Positions 1-10,908 of a stretch of DNA of 64,000 nucleotides are shown here, in pieces (position 1 is the stretch's first letter; each line of letters opens with the position of its first letter). Under the pieces are notes generated by a model. The model ran no database searches. It had not been told where the DNA came from and saw only the letters and a program-made list of their open reading frames with translations. The DNA lies in assembly GCF_009914755.1 (NCBI RefSeq), contig NC_060939.1, one strand, 5' to 3'. Position numbers and translations under genes: made by a program. Source of the stretch: the human T2T-CHM13v2.0 reference genome, Homo sapiens.

Positions 1-162
1 CACCGTAGGCCTCAAAGCGCTCCAAATGTCCACTTCCACATACTACAAAAAGAGTGTTTCAAACCTGCTCTATGATAGGGAATGTTGAAACCTATGAGTT
101 GAATGCAAGCATTACAAAGAGGTTTCTGAGAATGCTTCTGTCTAGATTTTATATGTAGATAT

Positions 163-179
163 TCCCGTTTCCAACGAAA
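163..179 (-). promoter_or_regulatory. CENP-B box (representative; same offset in every HOR copy)
   Basis: The + strand TCCCGTTTCCAACGAAA reads TTTCGTTGGAAACGGGA on the - strand, matching YTTCGTTGGAARCGGGA. Confidence 0.95.
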
Positions 180-333
180 TCCTCAAAGCTATCCAAATAT
201 CAACTTGCAGATTCTACAAAAGGAATGTTTCCAAAATGCTGTATCCAAACAAAGGTTCAACTCTGTGAATTGAGGGCATACATCACAAAGAAGATTCTGA
301 GAATGCTTCTGTCTAGATTTTATATGAAAATAT

Positions 334-350
334 TCCCGTTTCCAACGAAA
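334..350 (-). promoter_or_regulatory. CENP-B box (monomer directly adjacent to the previous box)
   Basis: TCCCGTTTCCAACGAAA, 171 bp from the box at 163. Confidence 0.95.
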
Positions 351-675
351 TCCTCAAAGCTATCCAAATATCCACTTGCAAATGCCACAAAAAGAGTGTT
401 TCCAAACTGCTCTGTGAAAAGGAAGGTTCAACTCTGTTAGTTGAGTACACACATCACAAAGAGGTTTCTGAGAATGCTGCTGACTAGTTTTTATTTGAAG
501 ATATTTCCCTTTTCACCTTAGGCCTAAGAGTGCTCGAAATGTCCATTTCCACATACTCCACAAAGTGTGTTTCAAACGTGCTGTATGAAAGGGAATGTTC
601 AACTCTATCAGTTGAATGCAAACATCACAAAGAAGACTCTGAGAATGCTTTTGTCTAGATTTTATATGAAGATAT

Positions 676-692
676 TCCCGTGTCCAACGAAA
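676..692 (-). promoter_or_regulatory. CENP-B box, variant with intact core
   Basis: The - strand TTTCGTTGGACACGGGA keeps the nine essential bases of NTTCGNNNNANNCGGGN. Confidence 0.85.
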
Positions 693-846
693 TTTTCAAA
701 GGTCTCCAAATATCCATTTGTAGATTCTACAAAAAGAGTGTTTCCAAACTGCTGTATCAAAACAAAGGTTGAACTCTGTGAGTTGAGGACACACATCACA
801 AATAAGTTTCTGAGAATGCTTCTGTCTAGTTTTTATTTGAAGATGT

Positions 847-863
847 TTCCTTTTTCACCATAG
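847..863 (-). promoter_or_regulatory. pJ-alpha box of an A-type monomer (representative; also 1869-1885 and 2549-2565, with degenerate versions in other A monomers)
   Basis: TTCCTTTTTCACCATAG matches the reverse complement of CTAYGGTGRAAAAGGAA. It sits at the monomer position homologous to the CENP-B box. Confidence 0.75.
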
Positions 864-1017
864 GCCTGAAAGCGCTCGAAATGTCCACTTCCAGATAGTA
901 CAGAAAGAGTGTTTCAAACCTGCTCTATGAACGGGAATGTTCAGCTCTGTGAGTTGAATGCAAACATCACAAAGCAGGTTCTGAGAATGCTTCCGTCTAG
1001 ATTTTAAATGAGGATAT

Positions 1018-1034
1018 TCCCGTTTCCAACGAAA
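1018..1034 (-). promoter_or_regulatory. CENP-B box
   Basis: TCCCGTTTCCAACGAAA. Confidence 0.95.
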
Positions 1035-1359
1035 TCCTCGAAGCTATCCAAATATCCACTTGCAGATTCCACAAAAAGAGTGTTTCAAAACTGCTCTGTC
1101 AAAAGATAGGTTCAACTCTGTTAGTTGAGTACACACATGGCAAACAAGATTGCGAGAATGCTTTCGTCTAGTTTTTTTGGGAAGATATTTCCTTCTTCAC
1201 CATAGGCCTCAAAGCGCTCCAAATATCCATTTCCACATGCTATACAAAGAGTGTCTCAAACCTGCTGTATGAATGGGAATGTTCAACTCTATGAGTTGAA
1301 TGCAAACATCACAAAGAAGTTTCTGAGAATGCTGCTGTCTAGATTTTATATGAAGGTTT

Positions 1360-1376
1360 TCCCGCTTCCAACGAAA
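1360..1376 (-). promoter_or_regulatory. CENP-B box (block A)
   Basis: TCCCGCTTCCAACGAAA, which is TTTCGTTGGAAGCGGGA on the - strand. Confidence 0.95.
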
Positions 1377-1697
1377 TTTTCAATGCTCTCAAAATATCCT
1401 CTTGTAGATTCTACAAAAAGAGTGTTTCCAAACTGCTGTATCAAAACAAAGGTTCATCTCTGTTAGTTGAGGACACACATCACAAATAAGTTTCTGAGAA
1501 TGCTTCTGTCTAGTTCTTATTTGAAGACATTTCCTTTCTCACCTTAGGCCTGAAAGCGCTCGAAATACCCACTTCCAGATACTACAGAAACAGTGATTCA
1601 AACCTGCTCTATGAAAGGGAATGTTCAACTAGGTGACTTGAATGCAAACATCACAAAGCAGTTTCTGAGAATGCTGCTGTCTACTTTCTATTTGTAA

Positions 1698-1714
1698 TCC
1701 CGTTTCCAACGAAA
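1698..1714 (-). promoter_or_regulatory. CENP-B box (block A, next to the 4-bp monomer deletion)
   Basis: TCCCGTTTCCAACGAAA, 338 bp rather than 342 bp from the previous box. Confidence 0.95.
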
Positions 1715-2039
1715 TCCTCAGAACTATCGAAATTTCCAATTGCAGATTCCACAGAAACAGGGTTTCAAAGCTGCTCTGTAAAAAGAAAGGTTCAACTCTG
1801 TTAGTTGAATACACACGTCACAAACAAGTTTCTGAGAATGCTTCTGTCTAGTTTTTATGGGAAGATATTTCCTTTTTCACCGTAGGCCTCAAAGCGCTCC
1901 AAATGTCCACGTCCACATACTAAAAAAAGAGTGTTTCAAACCTGCTGTATGAAAGGGAATGTTCAACTCTATGAGTTGAATGCAAACATTACAAAGAAGT
2001 TTCTGAGAATGCTTCTGTCTAGATTTTATATGAAGGTTT

Positions 2040-2056
2040 TCCCGTTTCCAACGAAA
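2040..2056 (-). promoter_or_regulatory. CENP-B box (block B)
   Basis: TCCCGTTTCCAACGAAA. Confidence 0.95.
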
Positions 2057-2377
2057 TTTTCAATGCTCTCAAAATATCCACTTGTAGATTCTACAAAAAG
2101 AGTGTTTCCAAACTGCTGTGTCAAAAGAAAGGTTCAACTCTGTTAGTTGAGGACACACATCACAAATAAGTTTCTGAGAATGCTTCTGTCTAGTTCTTAT
2201 TTGAAGACATTTCCTTTCTCACCTTAGGCCTGAAAACGCTCGAAATATCCACTTCCAGATACGACAGAAACAGTGATTCAAACCTGCTCTATGAAAGGGA
2301 ATGTTCAACTATGTGACTTGAATGCAAACATCACAAAGCAGTTTCTGAGAATGCTGCTGTCTACTTTCTATTTGTAA

Positions 2378-2394
2378 TCCCGTTTCCAACGAAA
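2378..2394 (-). promoter_or_regulatory. CENP-B box (block B)
   Basis: TCCCGTTTCCAACGAAA. Confidence 0.95.
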
Positions 2395-2557
2395 TCCTCA
2401 GAACTATCGAAATTTCCAATTGCAGATTCCACAAAAAGCGTGTTTCAAAGCTGCTCTGTAAAAAGAAAGGTTCAACTCTGTTAGTTGAATACACACGTCA
2501 CAAACAAGTTTCTGAGAATGCTTCTGTCTAGTTTTTATGGGAAGATATTTCCTTTTT

Positions 2558-5500
2558 CACCGTAGGCCTCAAAGCGCTCCAAATGTCCACTTCCACATAC
2601 TACAAAAAGAGTGTTTCAAACCTGCTCTATGATAGGGAATGTTGAAACCTATGAGTTGAATGCAAGCATTACAAAGAGGTTTCTGAGAATGCTTCTGTCT
2701 AGATTTTATATGTAGATATTCCCGTTTCCAACGAAATCCTCAAAGCTATCCAAATATCAGCTTGCAGATTCTGCAAAAGGAATGTTTCCAAAATGCTGTA
2801 TCCAAACAAAGGTTCAACTCTGTGAATTGAGGGCATACATCACAAAGAAGATTCTGAGAATGCTTCTGTCTAGATTTTATATGAAAATATTCCCGTTTCC
2901 AACGAAATCCTCAAAGCTATCCAAATATCCACTTGCAAATGCCACAAAAAGAGTGTTTCCAAACTGCTCTGTGAAAAGGAAGGTTCAACTCTGTTAGTTG
3001 AGTACACACATCACAAAGAGGTTTCTGAGAATGCTGCTGACTAGTTTTTATTTGAAGATATTTCCCTTTTCACCTTAGGCCTAAGAGTGCTCGAAATGTC
3101 CATTTCCACATACTCCACAAAGTGTGTTTCAAACGTGCTGTATGAAAGGGAATGTTCAACTCTATGAGTTGAATGCAAACATCACAAAGAAGATTCTGAG
3201 AATGCTTTTGTCTAGATTTTATATGAAGATATTCCCGTGTCCAACGAAATTTTCAAAGGTCTCCAAATATCCATTTGTAGATTCTACAAAAAGAGTGTTT
3301 CCAAACTGCTGTATCAAAACAAAGGTTGAACTCTGTGAGTTGAGGACACACATCACAAATAAGTTTCTGAGAATGCTTCTGTCTAGTTTTTATTTGAAGA
3401 TGTTTCCTTTTTCACCATAGGCCTGAAAGCGCTCGAAATGTCCACTTCCAGATAGTACAGAAAGAGTGTTTCAAACCTGCTCTATGAACGGGAATGTTCA
3501 GCTCTGTGAGTTGAATGCAAACATCACAAAGCAGGTTCTGAGAATGCTTCCGTCTAGATTTTAAATGAGGATATTCCCGTTTCCAACGAAATCCTCGAAG
3601 CTATCCAAATATCCACTTGCAGATTCCACAAAAAGAGTGTTTCAAAACTGCTCTGTCAAAAGATAGGTTCAACTCTGTTAGTTGAGTACACACATGGCAA
3701 ACAAGATTGCGAGAATGCTTTCGTCTAGTTTTTTTGGGAAGATATTTCCTTCTTCACCATAGGCCTCAAAGCGCTCCAAATATCCATTTCCACATGCTAT
3801 ACAAAGAGTGTCTCAAACCTGCTGTATGAATGGGAATGTTCAACTCTATGAGTTGAATGCAAACATCACAAAGAAGTTTCTGAGAATGCTGCTGTCTAGA
3901 TTTTATATGAAGGTTTTCCCGCTTCCAACGAAATTTTCAATGCTCTCAAAATATCCTCTTGTAGATTCTACAAAAAGAGTGTTTCCAAACTGCTGTATCA
4001 AAACAAAGGTTCATCTCTGTTAGTTGAGGACACACATCACAAATAAGTTTCTGAGAATGCTTCTGTCTAGTTCTTATTTGAAGACATTTCCTTTCTCACC
4101 TTAGGCCTGAAAGCGCTCGAAATACCCACTTCCAGATACTACAGAAACAGTGATTCAAACCTGCTCTATGAAAGGGAATGTTCAACTAGGTGACTTGAAT
4201 GCAAACATCACAAAGCAGTTTCTGAGAATGCTGCTGTCTACTTTCTATTTGTAATCCCGTTTCCAACGAAATCCTCAGAACTATCGAAATTTCCAATTGC
4301 AGATTCCACAGAAACAGGGTTTCAAAGCTGCTCTGTAAAAAGAAAGGTTCAACTCTGTTAGTTGAATACACACGTCACAAACAAGTTTCTGAGAATGCTT
4401 CTGTCTAGTTTTTATGGGAAGATATTTCCTTTTTCACCGTAGGCCTCAAAGCGCTCCAAATGTCCACGTCCACATACTACAAAAAGAGTGTTTCAAACCT
4501 GCTGTATGAAAGGGAATGTTCAACTCTATGAGTTGAATGCAAACATTACAAAGAAGTTTCTGAGAATGCTTCTGTCTAGATTTTATATGAAGGTTTTCCC
4601 GTTTCCAACGAAATTTTCAATGCTCTCAAAATATCCACTTGTAGATTCTACAAAAAGAGTGTTTCCAAACTGCTGTATCAAAACAAAGGTTCATCTCTGT
4701 TAGTTGAGGACACACATCACAAATAAGTTTCTGAGAATGCTTCTGTCTAGTTCTTATTTGAAGACATTTCCTTTCTCACCTTAGGCCTGAAAGCGCTCGA
4801 AATACCCACTTCCAGATACTACAGAAACAGTGATTCAAACCTGCTCTATGAAAGGGAATGTTCAACTAGGTGACTTGAATGCAAACATCACAAAGCAGTT
4901 TCTGAGAATGCTGCTGTCTACTTTCTATTTGTAATCCCGTTTCCAACGAAATCCTCAGAACTATCGAAATTTCCAATTGCAGATTCCACAGAAACAGGGT
5001 TTCAAAGCTGCTCTGTAAAAAGAAAGGTTCAACTCTGTTAGTTGAATACACACGTCACAAACAAGTTTCTGAGAATGCTTCTGTCTAGTTTTTATGGGAA
5101 GATATTTCCTTTTTCACCGTAGGCCTCAAAGCGCTCCAAATGTCCACTTCCACATACTACAAAAAGAGTGTTTCAAACCTGCTGTATGAAAGGGAATGTT
5201 CAACTCTATGAGTTGAATGCAAACATTACAAAGAAGTTTCTGAGAATGCTTCTGTCTAGATTTTATATGAAGGTTTTCCCGTTTCCAACGAAATTTTCAA
5301 TGCTCTCAAAATATCCACTTGTAGATTCTACAAAAAGAGTGTTTCCAAACTGCTGTGTCAAAAGAAAGGTTCAACTCTGTTAGTTGAGGACACACATCAC
5401 AAATAAGTTTCTGAGAATGCTTCTGTCTAGTTCTTATTTGAAGACATTTCCTTTCTCACCTTAGGCTTGAAAACGCTCGAAATATCCACTTCCAGATACG

Positions 5501-5794
5501 ACAGAAACAGTGATTCAAACCTGCTCTATGAAAGGGAATGTTCAACTAGGTGACTTGAATGCAAACATCACAAAGCAGTTTCTGAGAATGCTGCTGTCTA
5601 CTTTCTATTTGTAATCCCGTTTCCAACGAAATCCTCAGAACTATCGAAATTTCCAATTGCAGATTCCACAAAAAGCGTGTTTCAAAGCTGCTCTGTAAAA
5701 AGAAAGGTTCAACTCTGTTAGTTGAATACACACGTCACAAACAAGTTTCTGAGAATGCTTCTGTCTAGTTTTTATGGGAAGATATTTCCTTTTT
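2558..5794 (-). repeat. 19-mer HOR variant (3237 bp), type I, U2
   Basis: Three 680-bp blocks. The middle block (4435-5114) switches from B-type to A-type between 4638 and 4676. Confidence 0.92.
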
Positions 5795-8700
5795 CACCGT
5801 AGGCCTCAAAGCGCTCCAAATGTCCACTTCCACATACTACAAAAAGAGTGTTTCAAACCTGCTCTATGATAGGGAATGTTGAAACCTATGAGTTGAATGC
5901 AAGCATTACAAAGAGGTTTCTGAGAATGCTTCTGTCTAGATTTTATATGTAGATATTCCCGTTTCCAACGAAATCCTCAAAGCTATCCAAATATCAACTT
6001 GCAGATTCTACAAAAGGAATGTTTCCAAAATGCTGTATCCAAACAAAGGTTCAACTCTGTGAATTGAGGGCATACATCACAAAGAAGATTCTGAGAATGC
6101 TTCTGTCTAGATTTTATATGAAAATATTCCCGTTTCCAACGAAATCCTCAAAGCTATCCAAATATCCACTTGCAAATGCCACAAAAAGAGTGTTTCCAAA
6201 CTGCTCTGTGAAAATGAAGGTTCAACTCTGTTAGTTGAGTACACACATCACAAAGAGGTTTCTGAGAATGCTGCTGACTAGTTTTTATTTGAAGATATTT
6301 CCCTTTTCACCTTAGGCCTAAGAGTGCTCGAAATGTCCATTTCCACATACTCCACAAAGTGTGTTTCAAACGTGCTGTATGAAAGGGAATGTTCAACTCT
6401 ATGAGTTGAATGCAAACATCACAAAGAAGATTCTGAGAATGCTTTTGTCTAGATTTTATATGAAGATATTCCCGTGTCCAACGAAATTTTCAAAGGTCTC
6501 CAAATATCCATTTGTAGATTCTACAAAAAGAGTGTTTCCAAACTGCTGTATCAAAACAAAGGTTGAACTCTGTGAGTTGAGGACACACATCACAAATAAG
6601 TTTCTGAGAATGCTTCTGTCTAGTTTTTATTTGAAGATGTTTCCTTTTTCACCATAGGCCTGAAAGCGCTCGAAATGTCCACTTCCAGATAGTACAGAAA
6701 GAGTGTTTCAAACCTGCTCTATGAACGGGAATGTTCAGCTCTGTGAGTTGAATGCAAACATCACAAAGCAGGTTCTGAGAATGCTTCCGTCTAGATTTTA
6801 AATGAGGATATTCCCGTTTCCAACGAAATCCTCGAAGCTATCCAAATATCCACTTGCAGATTCCACAAAAAGAGTGTTTCAAAACTGCTCTGTCAAAAGA
6901 TAGGTTCAACTCTGTTAGTTGAGTACACACATGGCAAACAAGATTGCGAGAATGCTTTCGTCTAGTTTTTTTGGGAAGATATTTCCTTCTTCACCATAGG
7001 CCTCAAAGCGCTCCAAATATCCATTTCCACATGCTATACAAAGAGTGTCTCAAACCTGCTGTATGAATGGGAATGTTCAACTCTATGAGTTGAATGCAAA
7101 CATCACAAAGAAGTTTCTGAGAATGCTGCTGTCTAGATTTTATATGAAGGTTTTCCCGCTTCCAACGAAATTTTCAATGCTCTCAAAATATCCTCTTGTA
7201 GATTCTACAAAAAGAGTGTTTCCAAACTGCTGTATCAAAACAAAGGTTCATCTCTGTTAGTTGAGGACACACATCACAAATAAGTTTCTGAGAATGCTTC
7301 TGTCTAGTTCTTATTTGAAGACATTTCCTTTCTCACCTTAGGCCTGAAAGCGCTCGAAATACCCACTTCCAGATACTACAGAAACAGTGATTCAAACCTG
7401 CTCTATGAAAGGGAATGTTCAACTAGGTGACTTGAATGCAAACATCACAAAGCAGTTTCTGAGAATGCTGCTGTCTACTTTCTATTTGTAATCCCGTTTC
7501 CAACGAAATCCTCAGAACTATCGAAATTTCCAATTGCAGATTCCACAGAAACAGGGTTTCAAAGCTGCTCTGTAAAAAGAAAGGTTCAACTCTGTTAGTT
7601 GAATACACACGTCACAAACAAGTTTCTGAGAATGCTTCTGTCTAGTTTTTATGGGAAGATATTTCCTTTTTCACCGTAGGCCTCAAAGCGCTCCAAATGT
7701 CCACGTCCACATACTACAAAAAGAGTGTTTCAAACCTGCTGTATGAAAGGGAATGTTCAACTCTATGAGTTGAATGCAAACATTACAAAGAAGTTTCTGA
7801 GAATGCTTCTGTCTAGATTTTATATGAAGGTTTTCCCGTTTCCAACGAAATTTTCAATGCTCTCAAAATATCCACTTGTAGATTCTACAAAAAGAGTGTT
7901 TCCAAACTGCTGTGTCAAAAGAAAGGTTCAACTCTGTTAGTTGAGGACACACATCACAAATAAGTTTCTGAGAATGCTTCTGTCTAGTTCTTATTTGAAG
8001 ACATTTCCTTTCTCACCTTAGGCCTGAAAACGCTCGAAATATCCACTTCCAGATACGACAGAAACAGTGATTCAAACCTGCTCTATGAAAGGGAATGTTC
8101 AACTAGGTGACTTGAATGCAAACATCACAAAGCAGTTTCTGAGAATGCTGCTGTCTACTTTCTATTTGTAATGCCGTTTCCAACGAAATCCTCAGAACTA
8201 TCGAAATTTCCAATTGCAGATTCCACAAAAAGCGTGTTTCAAAGCTGCTCTGTAAAAAGAAAGGTTCAACTCTGTTAGTTGAATACACATGTCACAAACA
8301 AGTTTCTGAGAATGCTTCTGTCTAGTTTTTATGGGAAGATATTTCCTTTTTCACCGTAGGCCTCAAAGCGCTCCAAATGTCCACTTCCACATACTACAAA
8401 AAGAGTGTTTCAAACCTGCTCTATGATAGGGAATGTTGAAACCTATGAGTTGAATGCAAGCATTACAAAGAGGTTTCTGAGAATGCTTCTGTCTAGATTT
8501 TATATGTAGATATTCCCGTTTCCAACGAAATCCTCAAAGCTATCCAAATATCAACTTGCAGATTCTACAAAAGGAATGTTTCCAAAATGCTGTATCCAAA
8601 CAAAGGTTCAACTCTGTGAATTGAGGGCATACATCACAAAGAAGATTCTGAGAATGCTTCTGTCTAGATTTTATATGAAAATATTCCCGTTTCCAACGAA

Positions 8701-10908
8701 ATCCTCAAAGCTATCCAAATATCCACTTGCAAATGCCACAAAAAGAGTGTTTCCAAACTGCTCTGTGAAAAGGAAGGTTCAACTCTGTTAGTTGAGTACA
8801 CACATCACAAAGAGGTTTCTGAGAATGCTGCTGACTAGTTTTTATTTGAAGATATTTCCCTTTTCACCTTAGGCCTAAGAGTGCTCGAAATGTCCATTTC
8901 CACATACTCCACAAAGTGTGTTTCAAACGTGCTGTATGAAAGGGAATGTTCAACTCTATCAGTTGAATGCAAACATCACAAAGAAGACTCTGAGAATGCT
9001 TTTGTCTAGATTTTATATGAAGATATTCCCGTGTCCAACGAAATTTTCAAAGGTCTCCAAATATCCATTTGTAGATTCTACAAAAAGAGTGTTTCCAAAC
9101 TGCTGTATCAAAACAAAGGTTGAACTCTGTGAGTTGAGGACACACATCACAAATAAGTTTCTGAGAATGCTTCTGTCTAGTTTTTATTTGAAGATGTTTC
9201 CTTTTTCACCATAGGCCTGAAAGCGCTCGAAATGTCCACTTCCAGATAGTACAGAAAGAGTGTTTCAAACCTGCTCTATGAACGGGAATGTTCAGCTCTG
9301 TGAGTTGAATGCAAACATCACAAAGCAGGTTCTGAGAATGCTTCCGTCTAGATTTTAAATGAGGATATTCCCGTTTCCAACGAAATCCTCGAAGCTATCC
9401 AAATATCCACTTGCAGATTCCACAAAAAGAGTGTTTCAAAACTGCTCTGTCAAAAGATAGGTTCAACTCTGTTAGTTGAGTACACACATGGCAAACAAGA
9501 TTGCGAGAATGCTTTCGTCTAGTTTTTTTGGGAAGATATTTCCTTCTTCACCATAGGCCTCAAAGCGCTCCAAATATCCATTTCCACATGCTATACAAAG
9601 AGTGTCTCAAACCTGCTGTATGAATGGGAATGTTCAACTCTATGAGTTGAATGCAAACATCACAAAGAAGTTTCTGAGAATGCTGCTGTCTAGATTTTAT
9701 ATGAAGGTTTTCCCGCTTCCAACGAAATTTTCAATGCTCTCAAAATATCCTCTTGTAGATTCTACAAAAAGAGTGTTTCCAAACTGCTGTATCAAAACAA
9801 AGGTTCATCTCTGTTAGTTGAGGACACACATCACAAATAAGTTTCTGAGAATGCTTCTGTCTAGTTCTTATTTGAAGACATTTCCTTTCTCACCTTAGGC
9901 CTGAAAGCGCTCGAAATACCCACTTCCAGATACTACAGAAACAGTGATTCAAACCTGCTCTATGAAAGGGAATGTTCAACTAGGTGACTTGAATGCAAAC
10001 ATCACAAAGCAGTTTCTGAGAATGCTGCTGTCTACTTTCTATTTGTAATCCCGTTTCCAACGAAATCCTCAGAACTATCGAAATTTCCAATTGCAGATTC
10101 CACAGAAACAGGGTTTCAAAGCTGCTCTGTAAAAAGAAAGGTTCAACTCTGTTAGTTGAATACACACGTCACAAACAAGTTTCTGAGAATGCTTCTGTCT
10201 AGTTTTTATGGGAAGATATTTCCTTTTTCACCGTAGGCCTCAAAGCGCTCCAAATGTCCACGTCCACATACTAAAAAAAGAGTGTTTCAAACCTGCTGTA
10301 TGAAAGGGAATGTTCAACTCTATGAGTTGAATGCAAACATTACAAAGAAGTTTCTGAGAATGCTTCTGTCTAGATTTTATATGAAGGTTTTCCCGTTTCC
10401 AACGAAATTTTCAATGCTCTCAAAATATCCACTTGTAGATTCTACAAAAAGAGTGTTTCCAAACTGCTGTGTCAAAAGAAAGGTTCAACTCTGTTAGTTG
10501 AGGACACACATCACAAATAAGTTTCTGAGAATGCTTCTGTCTAGTTCTTATTTGAAGACATTTCCTTTCTCACCTTAGGCCTGAAAACGCTCGAAATATC
10601 CACTTCCAGATACGACAGAAACAGTGATTCAAACCTGCTCTATGAAAGGGAATGTTCAACTATGTGACTTGAATGCAAACATCACAAAGCAGTTTCTGAG
10701 AATGCTGCTGTCTACTTTCTATTTGTAATCCCGTTTCCAACGAAATCCTCAGAACTATCGAAATTTCCAATTGCAGATTCCACAAAAAGCGTGTTTCAAA
10801 GCTGCTCTGTAAAAAGAAAGGTTCAACTCTGTTAGTTGAATACACACGTCACAAACAAGTTTCTGAGAATGCTTCTGTCTAGTTTTTATGGGAAGATATT
10901 TCCTTTTT
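5795..10908 (-). repeat. Two 15-mer HOR copies (U3, U4)
   Basis: Marker spacing 6019->8576->11133, each 2557 bp. Confidence 0.93.

Larger units (their letters stand above)
1..2557 (-). repeat. 15-mer HOR unit (2557 bp), copy U1, representative
   Basis: The sequence at 1 recurs at 2558 (caccgtaggcctc...tgctctatgataggg). 2557 = 13x171 + 2x167. It contains 8 CENP-B boxes. Confidence 0.95.
1198..2557 (-). repeat. Internal tandem duplication of a 680-bp 4-mer (block A 1198-1877, block B 1878-2557), present in every HOR copy
   Basis: The distinctive short monomer 'ctactttctatttgtaatcccg' occurs at 1681 and 2361. The paired ORFs 1251/1931 and 1629/2309 are offset by exactly 680 bp. Confidence 0.92.

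Noticed and set aside
676-692. TCCCGTGTCC variant as a dead CENP-B box
   Set aside because: The change is at a non-essential position. All nine core bases are retained and the variant is fixed in all copies.
1921-1929. A7 run (tactaaaaaaag) as a homopolymer sequencing artefact
   Set aside because: It is a length-neutral C>A substitution that recurs in consistent linkage with other alleles, so it is probably a real variant.
2558-5794. Assignment to chr4 D4Z1 because of the ~3.2-kb 19-mer and ~2.6-kb 15-mer
   Set aside because: Here the 19-mer is a minority form made by triplicating a near-identical 4-mer on a 1877-bp 11-mer frame, which fits my recollection of D15Z3 better. D4Z1 is not excluded without an HMM or alignment.
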